This document shows positions 1 through 11,836 of a DNA stretch of 37,444 nucleotides, one piece after another (position 1 is the stretch's first letter; each line of letters begins with the position of its first letter). This stretch comes from Catajapyx aquilonaris (taxonomy: Eukaryota): assembly GCA_000934665.2 (NCBI GenBank), contig JYFJ02003801.1, forward strand, positions 1 through 37,444, given 5' to 3'. Under the pieces are notes generated by a model. The model did no database searches, was not told where the DNA came from, and was given only the letters and a program-made list of their open reading frames with translations. The position numbers and the translations under genes are program-made.

Positions 1-290
1 AAATGCTAACTTCCTGACAGATGTGCAAATTCATGGCAAAAAGCGAGAATTTTGCAAACAAATGAAATTTTCGAAACGAGAGCCAAAGTTAAATGCCATC
101 AGTCATCACATTGATATCAAAAAATTCCTCATAGTGTCTATCAGCCATATACAAACGGAATTTTGGCATACGCAAGGGTTACGGAGCTATAATCACTGAC
201 GTGGAGGGGTGCAGGAGTGCAATATATATATTCCATTATAGTGAAAGCAAGGGGCCCGTATGGACCCGCAAGGAATTCCGTACAGGTCTC
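1..290 (-). repeat. Diverged inverted copy of the repeat family at 495-1007 / 12306-12900
   Basis: 1-205 aligns by eye to the reverse complement of ~605-808 (GAGAGCCAAAGT, TTGATATCAAAA, ACAAACGGAATTTTGG, CGGAGCTATA..ACTGACGTGGAG). CAGGTCTC at ~283 mirrors GAGACCTG at ~542. Confidence 0.7.
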
Positions 291-494
291 CACAGTGAAC
301 ATTCATTTGGACTGTGACTATAGGAACGAATAGAGGAATGAATATAAAAATAAAAAGTAGGCTACATGTTTCTCTATTGTAAATAATCGAGCATATTTTA
401 ACAAACACTTGACACTGTGAAAATTGAAACTTTGTTGAACATGACAAGGGAATTTTCATTTATTCTTACTATTCTATGGTAAATTTTTTTTGAA

Positions 495-1545
495 CTATAT
501 TATTAAGTGAATTAAACACAAAGGACAAGCGTACACTACCTGAGACCTGAAGACGGACCTAGGTGGACTGCTCTTTTTCATTCAGCGGGCGTGGCCACTA
601 GCGCAGCGCTCCACGTCAGTACCTATAGCTCCGGAACCATTTCGTATTCCAAAATTCCGTTTGTACCACTGATAGAGGACACTGTGAGGTGTATTTTGAT
701 ATCAATATAATGCCATTTGACTTTGGCTCTCTTTTTGAAAATGTCATTTGTCTGCAAAAATGTCGCATTTTGACATGGATTTGCACAGCTATCGGAAAGT
801 GACTATTTGTGTCGGAAAGAGGAGACAATTTCACATATGAAACATGTATTACATCATGCATTTACGTTGTCATGTAAATGTAATAGGGGGCGCCTCTAAC
901 CGTGATCCAAGTGCAATTAGCGCCTGTAGATAGGCAACCACGCATCGACGGACCAAATCCTTGTGGGAAAGGTCATAACTTGACATGGACTCAAACATAT
1001 CTCACACCGTCGCCAGGAATGGTGGACATTCTGCCAGTGTTTCATATTACCACCGATAGGAGGCGGACGATCATTTGGACTGGATGAACCAGAGTTCTCT
1101 GACGGAAAGAGACACCATGATCTCACTACTTTGTGGACCAATCTTAAATATGGAATAGCCATTTTGTCACACACATCGTATATTTCATACACATTTTGAG
1201 ATCAATGAAATATCTCAATTGAAAGTAGCTTTTTCGGGCCCAAGAGCAAAATGCAACGCAAAACCTCATAAGAGGAATGAGACACCATTATCTCCCAAAC
1301 ATAATTGAAATATTAATTTTTTAGAGTCACCAGGGTATGCAGGAGTCTATTACCTTCATACACATTGAAAAATAAAATTAATTCGATCAAAATTAACCGA
1401 GTTACAGCTGTTTTACACTGCAATCCCTATGTAGCTTATGGGCGCAGGAGTCGCAAGGCCGATGTCCACCATTCCTGGCGACGCTCATTGACGGGCAAAT
1501 TTTTTCGTGAAAAAGGTGACCACGTTCACGTGGAATTGCCCGTAT
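495..1545 (+). mobile_element. Interspersed repeat copy A (non-autonomous, possibly Helitron-like), interrupted by a 476-bp TIR insert
   Basis: 495-1007 is highly similar to 12306-12821, and similarity resumes at 1484-1545 versus 12821-12900. It begins CTATATTATTAAG, which resembles Helitron 5' ends; the class assignment is inference. Confidence 0.8.
1008..1483. mobile_element. 476-bp non-coding insert with perfect 22-bp terminal inverted repeats
   Basis: CGTCGCCAGGAATGGTGGACAT (1008-1029) pairs with ATGTCCACCATTCCTGGCGACG (1462-1483). The insert is absent from the paralogous copy at ~12821. Confidence 0.85.
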
Positions 1546-1813
1546 TTGCAATGTGACAAACATCTCGAACTATAACCTCGCTAATATTAACATGTGGTGC
1601 TACATTCACTCTATATTATCATATATTATCAACTCATAGCATATTAATTTAAAGCCTTATCAAGTGATACGCGAACCATCCACTTCCCCTTCAAGTAAAG
1701 GAGGAATGATATTCATAGCCTACCCAAACCTGCGCACTTCAGTCCATGAAAAATCCACCAGCAGAGCAGAAATATTAACAAAGTTGGGAATTGAAAATCT
1801 GCTTACTCATCAG

Positions 1814-3717
1814 GTGATGCACCCAATTGATCGAATGCTGGTGAGATGTTGGTGGATTGGAAGCGAAATGAATTGTTCGGAACTCTTCGAGCTGAAGCGA
1901 ACTGATGAAGGCTATTGCTGGGGATTTAATTCCATTAACATGCGATCTCAGACCAAGAGGTACTTGTACGCTTATATCATAATATATTATATAGCCTACA
2001 GATATTGTCACTATTTGTCATTTTTAATCATTTCCATTTATTAAGAAATCATTTTTCACAGGAACGAGGATATTAAATCAAACGCTCAAGTGCACAAAAA
2101 ACTACATGGCAAAACAGGTGACCATGTCAAGCACCATAATGCTAAGAAATTTACTCCGAAAACTGTGTTTGGTTCTGGGCCAAGCATGGGACTCACAGTC
2201 CTTCTCAATCCAGATAAACATGAGTATTTCGCCAATACTAACAACGCGTACGGCTTCAAAGTACTAAACAGTTTAATTAGTACCAGGTATACTTGTTATC
2301 AGATTACTTGTTTAAAAAAATTTATCACAGGTTTTGATTCACGATCCCATGGACTTTCCAAATGTGGGAATTCAAGGATTCTTATTAAACTCTGGAACAG
2401 AAGTGTACGCAGCACTAACGGCAACAAAAACGTACACCACAGAAGCTGTGAAAAGCATAGATCCCGCCAAGAGAAAATGCCGTTTCAATGAAGAGCAAGC
2501 ACTGCAATTCTATGATACATACAGTGAGGCCAACTGCCTTCTGGACTGCAGAGTCGAATCTATGCAGAAGACTTGCGACTGCATCCCATATATCTACTCT
2601 TTAGAAGGTGGTATGGAGCAATTCCCTTTATCCAGCAAATTTATAGTCACGCTTGTGTGAGTGTACCGCATTCAGAGTGATGCACCTCTTTGAATCAATT
2701 ATTTTGTTCCTCCAATTTTTATTCCCCTGCAACACGCCTAAAAATGCTTCAAACAATTTCCGCTTAATTTTGGATACTCCCTGTTCAAAATATTGTTATT
2801 AAACCTAGAGCTGATCATTTTTAGTTTTAATAATCCCAATGTGTGACGATTTAACAGGCACAAAGAATCCTGGTTAGTAAGACAGGACATCAGCAGGACA
2901 CTTGCACTGAGGGCCGGCCGGCGCAAACGGGGGGATTCGGGAGGGAAAAGTTGTCCATGAATCCACTCAGAAAAGAACACTCAGTGAATCCACTCTAAAT
3001 TTGACACTTCTGATTTTCAGCAAACGTGAGCCTCTGTCAGTATGACGGAACGACCTGTGTCAACAACAACACAAGTAAGATTATTTTAATTGTGTCCATT
3101 GCACCTAAACTGCGACCTGAATCCATGGATGCTGACTATTTTAACGTTCTTGTACACTGGTTACCAGAAAAATTTTCATCAATTCAACCTGAGGATAAGA
3201 ATGTGAAGCAAGATGACGATGCCATGACTGAATGCAAATGTGAAGGCGATTGTGATGAATCGCTCTACATTCCGGAAATAACCTCAGTTACCTTTCCTGT
3301 GAAAGCTGAAGACGTATTTCTGCCACCCGGAAAGAAAAATATTACAAAGTAAGACTTCCAAAGTCGTTGTGTAAGAGATCTTTAGTGTCTCCATTAACCG
3401 TGATTTTTTGACGCAGAGATTCTCTATCGCTGCTTCGGGTCTATTTTAAAGAATTAGGATTTGTGTTATACCGCCGGGACTTGCTGTACACATGGAACGA
3501 CCTCATAGGTAAAATGATAGTCCTGTAGGGGTTTTTTTGTGCAAAGATTTGTTGCACTTGCTTAACTGATTCATTCTTTCTTCTTTCAGCTGCATTCGGA
3601 GGAATTGTTGGCTTGTTCGTTGGATTCAGCTTCATAAGTGCTTTGGAACTTATTTACTTCTTCCTACTTCGACCCATAGTTCGATGGAACGACTTTTATC
3701 CATCAAATCGCTTGTGA
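1814..3717 (+). CDS. DEG/ENaC (pickpocket/Nach-like) sodium channel subunit, gene 1; 5'-partial (HG, TM1 and first finger exons lie upstream of the window)
   Basis: Exons 1814-1959, 2062-2260, 2331-2610, 3021-3074, 3168-3348, 3417-3508 and 3590-3717 are all GT..AG bounded and sum to 1080 nt in one open frame ending in TGA. Motifs: RCWWIG...TDEGYCWGFN, GLTVLLNP, VLIHDP, YSEANCLLDCR..CDCIPY, CKCEGDC, LRVYF, and TM2 AAFGGIVGLFVGFSFISALELIYFF. Confidence 0.93.
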
Positions 3718-4841
3718 CAAAATACGTATATGCATACCAAAAAAACTATAGAAATGACATTTTTCAAGAGTGTAGACCATTCCATGTCGCATTATACAGG
3801 GTCGCACGTGCAAGCTTTCGGCTCTATACATGTCACTTGTGTCCACTTGTATACAATTTCACTAACTTCTATTGTGTCTACTAGATTTTAGAATGAAAAA
3901 GCGATATGTAAATGTGTAGAGTTTATTTGCAGATGACCGTGAGTGCAATTTTGCTTAATTTCATACTGGCACCACCAACGTATACCGGTATTGCTCTTTG
4001 ATGACTATACCTGTATGTGTGTTTATTGTTTTAAAATGGCCATAGATTTCCTAGTATTGTACGCTAAAACTTCCCATATCTGAAAAAGGCGGCATGTCCA
4101 GTCACAGGATAATTATGCTAAATTGCATGGATAACAAGGTTGAGTAGACAAATTCCACCTCTCGGGTCCTCTTGTGAGCGGTGTTTCTACCTAAAAGTTT
4201 GTCGAAATAATTATGAAACCCCCTGTATATGCTGTGTCGTTTTGTCTGCGCAGTTTCGATAATAAGACAAGACAGTAGGCTATCATTAAGCTGAAAGAGA
4301 ACTTTATTTTACGCCGCTCCCGCGCGTACTTTCATTGCTTAGAAGATTAGTATCATCAGGTGCACCTAACGGGCTCACAATTTAAATTAAAACTGCATAA
4401 CAATGCCTTTATTTTAAAATAAAGGAGCCAGGCCATCGGGAGAGACCATAATATGCCAGGGTAATTTTATGCCTTGTATTAGAAGACCATTATATCCTGA
4501 AGTTGAGGAGATCTACTTATACAATTTGCACATGAATGAAACCTTACGTATACTGTACTTGTATAAACAGGTTCGTCGGAATAATTAACTTACACAACGT
4601 CCTGTTTTGCACTAGCTATATGAATAATCCCGATCTAGTGCATTTTTCAAGTCACAGGAAAGATGACAAACCATAAGCACTGTTTTTGACATGACCTCAA
4701 CATGTTTTAGCAGCACTTTATTTAAGTTTTAAGTAATAAATTAGTACTACTCTGTGTGCGCTTCTCCTGTAGCTGTTGAGTGAAGAATTAATATAATGCA
4801 ATGGAGACAAATCGATGTCGATTCATTATAGGGTGTGGTAA

Positions 4842-4853
4842 TCAGTTACTCGG
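4842..4853 (+). promoter_or_regulatory. Candidate arthropod initiator (TCAGTT) upstream of gene 2
   Basis: TCAGTTACTCGG; the identical 12-mer occurs at 13723-13734 upstream of gene 3. Confidence 0.4.
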
Positions 4854-4999
4854 TTACGCGAAGCGTACCTGACACCGAAGCTCTTGGCAACTTGCATGCT
4901 ACACCAAAAGTCTACCTTGAAGACATGTGATACTCAGGTCCACTTCAGTCATCATAAGAATTTTCCATTGTGTGTAGCATGCTCTGCAAGAAAGACGTC

Positions 5000-7900
5000 A
5001 TGTTTCCCTCAACACCAAAAAAGGTAAGGATGAATTAAGTCTATATTTTAGGCAAAAATCAGGTTACTTCAGCTCAGTTAACGCAGATGGTCAGAAAAAA
5101 TACCATCGCGCCGTTGATGCCAGCCGCTAATGAAGAGAAGAAGGAAACAACCAAAATTAATCGATTATATTACTACATCAAAGATTACTGCAGCAATACA
5201 TCAATCCACGGATTGAAATACATCGTAGAAAACAACGCCTATTGCATAGAAAGGTACATTACATAGTCTCACTCGTGATGCCTGTCATTAATACAAAATG
5301 CAGGATGTACAGTAACTGTACAAACTGTTCAAAATTCATGCTTATTTTTGAGCAATTACTTTTCAACTGGAACTTTCAGAGGTTATCAAAATAATTACAG
5401 CTGCTAATATGATACCAAATTAAATAATCTGAAGCTCTGAATACTGCAATTAATTTCCGATTGGAAATGGCCCATTGGAACAATATTAACATCGAAGCCC
5501 AATGATTTAATCCCCCCTTTTCCAGACTAGACTCCGTGCAGCAGGCGTTAAAAAGGATATTATTATCCAACCTATCATTAGCAGCTAATGCCTGTACTTT
5601 TGAGAGCCTTTGAAAGTAACTTTTCAAAAGTAACAAAAATAAGCAGCTTAGTTCGAAACTTTTTAACCACTATGGACATTTCAGTTGGAGCACCTTAAAT
5701 TCTGTCACCCCAGCATATTATGCTAAATAATGTTTCCACCCTCCCTCAATTTTCTCTTACACTTAATCTTGTTAGTAGCACAGTGATCCTGTCACTAATT
5801 TAGAATGAGATAATAGCCACATCCTGCTTTCCAATTCCACAGAATATTCTGGTTTTTAGTGTACTTCTGCTCGGTTGTGGGTGCCATCAAATTTCTGTAC
5901 CCTGTGTTCGAAAGATATGGAGAGGCGGGTATTGTCACCTCCTTAGGAGCCTCCGGATTGCCCATCGTCGATGTTGATTTTCCTGCAGTGACCATTTGCA
6001 ATATTAACCGAGCTTCAAGCAAGTTGGTGGACGAAGAGGACAATAAGCCACCGTAAATTATTATAATACAGTATTAATACCGTTATGGTTATACAAGGTG
6101 TTTTATAATGCTTCAAATGAGCTTCGATATCGAGAGAACTCCTGGGCAACAGAGAAGATCACTGTCATATAAAGTGATCCTCTTGTCCTCAGGAGTTCTC
6201 CAGAGAGAGGTTTGTCTGGAAAAATGATAAATTCAATATCACACCACTAAGTTAGTGTGCTTAATCCGACTTTCAGGTGGGGAAAACACTACCAGAGCGC
6301 AACTAGCGATATAATACGAGTTATGTCTAAAATAAATCGGCTTGTTGTGGACGACAACATCAAGTCAGCAAATGTTACGGTGGTGATGCAAGAGGAAAGG
6401 AAATGCCTCAAGAAACTGATGAGAAAGGTTAGTGGCAGTTGCTTACTGTGTTGTGATGCCTGGATATGCCCAAATTTTCATTAAAACCGACACAGGTCAA
6501 AAGCTAAAATGGTGCCATAAAAAATCAGTCAATTTTGAATAATCTTATTGTGCTTAATAAGAATATTACAGTTAAAAATTTGTACCACGTAAATGTGTAC
6601 TAGATCAGGTAACTTTTGTTATACATTATTTGTGGTTAAGTTACGTTTTCCTCGAAGACAAGTTCAGTTACTCCAGTTACTAGGAAAGCCGATCAGTGTT
6701 ACTGTTACTTTGGATGCAATACTGAAGGGCAATACAAAGTCTGTGTTTTTGTTGCAAGATCTGTTCTTCAATCTCTGGAGCTGGATGAATTGCAAAGGTC
6801 GCTCATTATTTTGCTTTTTTTTGTCTGTGAGTGCCTCATATGTTAAATTCAAGTCGCAGGCTAAGTAGAAACCGTAGAAACGTATTATTTTAGAGAAAAA
6901 ATATGTAAACATTTGAAAGATTATTTTTAGATTATTTTTGCCTCGTACTTCGAACGTTCAAGAATTCGAACGCTAATTTCGAAAGAAATTTGATCAGTAG
7001 TTCGAACGATGCTTGTAAGTTCGAACAAAAAAATGTGCTCGCTGCGTAAACGACATCTGTTGTGCGCCCAAGTCGCCTCTCGCTCTAGCTGTGAAAGCAT
7101 TTCTTGCGTTATTCTCGTGTGTTTTCAGTGTTTTTATAGTTTTATTGTTGGTGGGTTTGGTTATACAGTAGTCCTACCGGTATACTGTATAATGGAACGT
7201 GACATTCTTCCTATCAGTAATCTTTCTCTTCCTCTCCACCCTCCACACCACCAGCCACACGGGTCATGCCCACTCCTCACTTGTACAGTAATTGCCATTT
7301 TCATGTTATTGCACAGTATTTACGTATTTTATTTATAGCTTTCATATTTAATTTATTATCTAGGCTCTAGGGCATTTCATCGTGGCAGATTTACCTTAAA
7401 TTATGTATGTTTTTCGTTTAAGTTCATCGAAATGGGCATTGTTTAGGGTCTGGGAATGGATTAATTCACTTTCCATGATTTCTTATGGAAAAACTGATTC
7501 GGGCTTGTAACGACCTCCTGGAACTAATTAAGTTCGAAGTACGAGGCACCACTGTAGTTATTTAGAAAAACATGCAAAAATTTCTTTGCATTTGGGGTTC
7601 AGTAGTCATGATAGAATAATGGACAGCCAGAATCTATGCAAGGAAACAACTTGGATTCGTCATTGTACGTGCAGTGTTAACTACAGTATAAAGTGTGAAA
7701 TTAACCTGATTTTTTACGCATCTGGTCATTGTATATCATTACTGGCACTTTTAAGCAGCAGCAAAGTTAGTAATATACAGTATATATACACCGTACCGGA
7801 ACTCGTAATTTTAACAATAATATTTATTACAGATAGCCCAGCCGTTGGATGAAATGGCGCTACATTGTTGGTGGTTGGGGAAAAAAACTAATTGCAGCAA

Positions 7901-10900
7901 CTTATTTCGGATTCGAGAAACAGACGAAGGCTACTGCTATTCATTCAACACAGGAAGTCGTCATTCACATCAACAAAATAACAAGTAAATTCTAGAACCT
8001 CCATCCTGGATTATTATGCTGGAGCCAGTGATATCCTTGGCCTAAAGGAGGTGTTTAAAGTAGAGAGGAGAAAAAATTATAATGCCGATATATCAACCGA
8101 TTATGAAGTCTCCTACATCTATCAATACCGGTATTTGGTTGCTCCATAGACATGGCCCCTAAAACTCATCGATTAGCAACTCATTGTGAAAATCCGGATA
8201 ATTGACAATTTTTCAATTTCTAAAATATAAAAAGCCACAAAACATCCGATGCTGCAATAATTTAAACCTTATTTAAGCCTACGTCTGTCGAATCTCTCCC
8301 TCTAATAATTGGAGGGAGAGATTCGACAGAGAATTATTGCAGCATCGGATGTTTGCAGAAAGTCGCAGTGAAATTTGTGCCACAATAATATTGTGGCACA
8401 AATTTCACTGCGGCTTTCTCGTAGTCATATGATACCAAATATTGAACATCGTTGACATCTTCACCGGTTAATGTCTCGTCATATCTCACAGTCAGTCACA
8501 TATTAACAATGTTCTTTTGGACCAAGAATACGCTAGTGTCTCCATGACGGGCAATAAGTAAACATGTAATGTAGAGAACACAACATGATAGCAAAATTGG
8601 TTCTATATAAGCAGAATTTCTTTATTATCATAGGGGTCGAAAATGGACAGATACGTGTCCAGAGTCGCCTATAGCGGAAAACGGCACAACATGGACAAAT
8701 AATACTAAGGGAAAAAGATCAAGGAAAATCAATGGATTTGGACCAATTATGGGTCTTACTGTACTTCTGAACCCCCATCAAGAAGACTACTTCGCTCCCA
8801 GCAACAACTTCATAGGATTCAAGGTGATTCCTGCACATACTTTAATGAGATAGTACACAATTTATGCGGATGGCTCACCTCAGGTGCTTGTATATCCGCC
8901 ATTAGCACCTACAAAGGTGGGCACAGCTAATCGAAAAATCAGCTTCTCTAACAGCTGATCAGCTAACTACAAAAAATTGGATTTGCTAAATAGCTAATGC
9001 TAAATGGCTAGAAAATTAGTTAAAGCTAATGCTAACAGCTAACTCTTTTTTTTTTGCTCCATGACCCTTAAAAAACAGACCTAAGCTGATAAAGCCTAGA
9101 GAGCATTGTTACACATACGCCTTATTTAGTTATTTAGGCTACTGTTTTGTACAAATAGTAATAAACAAATCCAAAGAGGCAAAAATTTATTTGTCTCAGA
9201 AGAAAGCTACAAAGACAGGCAAGGCAAAATTGATATTAAAAAACTGGTAGCTATAATACAATCCGCGCACCGAATTGATCGAAAAATAAGTTTTGGCCAG
9301 GTAGACAGAGAATATACAATCCGGCACCTAGCCCTGTAAAACTGGTCTATTTTAATCCCTGCCTGGAGTGGAAACAATGTAATTTTAAAAAGTAACAGAG
9401 AGCGAGACATGAACATGAATGAATTTTGTTAGCTGAATTTATTTCGCTGCAGTGCGGCACTAATTTAGTGGGCGCTAATTAGTCAGCTAGCGGCCGGAAA
9501 AGTTAGCCAGAAAACAGCTAATCAGCTAACGAAAAGTTAGTTCGGCGATTAGCTGTTAGCTGATTAGAGGCGCTAATGCCCACCTTTGAGCACCTAGGCA
9601 GTTGACCTCATGAATCCAGAAGGCCTCAATGAACTACAATTTACAGGTGCTAATTCACGACCCTAAAGATTATGCGGCTGTTTCAAGGAAAGGTCTGCTG
9701 GTTCCAGCTGGAGTTGAAGCTTATGCATCAGTATCCGTTACTACAACAGTGACCACGGACGACATACGGAATGTTCCAAAGGACGATCGAGATTGCCTGT
9801 TTGATGACGAAAACAATCTTATCATCCACGACGTATACAGTTACGAGAATTGCCTCACGGAATGCAGGATCCGAGCTATCACAGAAACATGCAAATGTGT
9901 ACCATACATGTATCAAAAACTGGATTCCGGTTAGTTCCCTGTTGTCCATGGTAACTATTTTTTTACTCTAGCTCCTAGAGTACCATTTATAACATGGCGT
10001 CAACATAACGAAATAGGCCTACAGGTATAGTACTCGTTTTAAGCCGTTAATATTGGTTCCAGCAAAATGCTAAAGTGAAAAGGTGTAAAACGAGACAAAA
10101 TTATAATGGAAGTAAAATAATGAGATAGATTCCAAAATATCCAAAAATTTCCCAAAGACAGTACTTAAATGGGTGTTTTTAATGCTGACTATTTGAAACA
10201 TTTATTATGCACATTTAATGGTAGGTTCCAGGTTGAGGGTCATAGGGTTCTGAGCCCTCTTTCCCCTTCTTTTGGCAAGAACTGCAATAGACGTAGGGTA
10301 TTTAACAAACTTCGGGGAGTACGGAGACCAATAATACGGTACTGTATTTATCGATAGAGGATAGACACCGCCACAAGGCACCACGAAAAACAAAACAAAA
10401 AGCATTTACGGTCGTGTGTTTCAGTGTTTGGACTCAGAAGTGTTGCAGTGATGTGCTTATGTTTAGATTGTGTTGTTATCGTCAAATTTGTCAAAAATTT
10501 TCAATTAAACAATTTTAAAATGTCATTTTCACACCCGCGTTAATATGAAACGGCGTAAAACGGAGCGGCGTAAAACGGATACATACTGTACCGCAGTCCA
10601 ACGGTTCATTATAAAAATCATATAGGTTTTATTAATATATTTTATATGCTTCTACAGCATTCAGATAACTCAGCCAAAACCTTTCATCAGGCGGACCATA
10701 GAACACTTTATCTCCCCTCAGGAGAGTTTAGGAAAGTCAAGTGGCAACGTTAAAGTTGTTGGGATGCGAGAATTTCCAGCCAAGTTCGATCAGTTTTATT
10801 GTCATTTTCCATGAGTGATGGTACGCAGCAAAGCTGACGAATTCCTGGGGACGTGAAATTTTCCGGATTGACAATCCCCCAAAGCATGAGATAAAAGAGG

Positions 10901-11615
10901 ATAATGAATATAATATTACTAATAACTGTCCATGCATTACATCGATCTTGCACGTAGCATTCAATAAACTTACTTTATTTCCTATGCAGAACTAGTTGAA
11001 GACTGCGATTACTATGGAATGTCTTGCATAAAAAACAACAGCAGTAAGTAGAATGCAATGTTTTATACTAATCCAGCAATGGGATCACGACAAATTTAAT
11101 GTCACATACATATTAACTCTATTACCGAAGGAAAGTTTTCATCTGTGAGAGTTGTACAAGACGTGAAAGGACTAGAGGATGGGATGGACCATTGCAACTG
11201 CCCTTCTAACTGTAGAAGCGTAGACTACTCCACTGACATGACTATAGCTGCTTATCATTTCAATCCTAAACAAACTGCATCCATCCCTAACAACACAATG
11301 ACGTAAGTATCGCGTAAGTATTGCCATGTGGCGGGAAATAATGTAAGTTAAATTTTTAATCCTGCAGTGGTGATTTGGTGCTTCTTCGAGTGTTCTTCAA
11401 GGACATGTTTTATGACGAATACAAAAGAGACCTGGCTTACAGATGGGATGATGTAGTCGGTGAGTGCACAAGTTAACATTCACTCTCATTATTTTATGGC
11501 TAAAGTCAGCTAGTACATTGAAAATTAGTGAAATGTCTTCTCATTCCCATATTACAGTCTCGATATTTAAAGTTTTAAAACTAACATTACCATATTAATT
11601 GCCCTAGTACTACAT

Positions 11616-11691
<76 letters not shown>

Positions 11692-11836
11692 CATACCAGT
11701 ACTTCAATACATTTCAGCTGCATTTGGAGGAATTGTCAGCCTGTTTATGGGATTCAGCTTTGTCAGCGGAGTGGAACTGGTGTACTTCTTCTCTCTTAGA
11801 ATATTCCTCCGCCTCAAAGGTCACCCTGAAAAATAA
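5000..11836 (+). CDS. DEG/ENaC (pickpocket/Nach-like) sodium channel subunit, gene 2 (~537 aa)
   Basis: Exons 5000-5023, 5087-5253, 5843-6052, 6277-6427, 7833-7984, 8634-8823, 9647-9929, 10990-11043, 11131-11302, 11368-11459 and 11718-11836 sum to 1614 nt, open, ending in TAA. The start is uncertain: there are also in-frame ATGs at 4979 and 5087. Motifs: DYCSNTSIHGLKYI, DFPAVTICN, HCWWLG, GYCYSFN, GLTVLLNP, YSYENCLTECR, CNCPSNC, and TM2 AAFGGIVSLFMGFSFVSGVELVYFF. Confidence 0.93.
5338..5646. mobile_element. Old diverged foldback/MITE in gene 2 intron
   Basis: The left arm GCTTATTTTTG..TTACTTTTCAA..ACTTTCAGAGG..AGCTGCTAAT..TGATA is imperfectly mirrored by TATCATTAGCAGCT..CCTTTGAAAGT..AAAAGTAACAAAAATAAGC. 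Confidence 0.5.
6939..7554. mobile_element. pogo/Tigger-like MITE with truncated left TIR
   Basis: TGCCTCGTACTTCGAAC (6939-6955) is the reverse complement of GTTCGAAGTACGAGGCA (7532-7548). The right end finishes ...CCACTG followed by TA. Confidence 0.65.
8240..8419. repeat. Two adjacent near-perfect hairpins in gene 2 intron
   Basis: Hairpin 1: 8240-8262 pairs with 8332-8354 and 8284-8302 pairs with 8312-8330. Hairpin 2: 8357-8387 pairs with 8389-8419 (31 bp, one G-U). Confidence 0.9.
8912..9588. mobile_element. Non-autonomous hAT-family element (677 bp)
   Basis: 12-bp TIRs CAAAGGTGGGCA / TGCCCACCTTTG, a perfect 8-bp TSD AGCACCTA (8904-8911 and 9589-9596), and many AGCTAA/TTAGCT subterminal motifs at both ends. 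Confidence 0.92.
10022..10588. mobile_element. Degenerate pogo/Tigger-like MITE
   Basis: The left end TA|CAGGTATAGTACTCGTTTTAAGCCG imperfectly mirrors the right end CGGCGTAAAACGGATACATACTG|TA. Confidence 0.5.
11618..11689 (+). repeat. (ATT)24 microsatellite in the last intron of gene 2
   Basis: Direct reading; it ends 28 nt before the 3' splice site at 11717. Confidence 0.97.

Noticed and set aside
616..1192. Duplicated short ORFs (616-861 / 12426-12671; 902-1087 / 12617-12850)
   Set aside because: They are similar only because they lie within copies of a non-coding repeat; no protein motifs.
8884..8911. CAG|GTGCTTGTATATCCG (VLVYPP) resembling the start of the VLIHDP exon, a possible duplicated exon
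   Set aside because: Similarity stops after a few codons, and the frame closes shortly even after removing the hAT insert.
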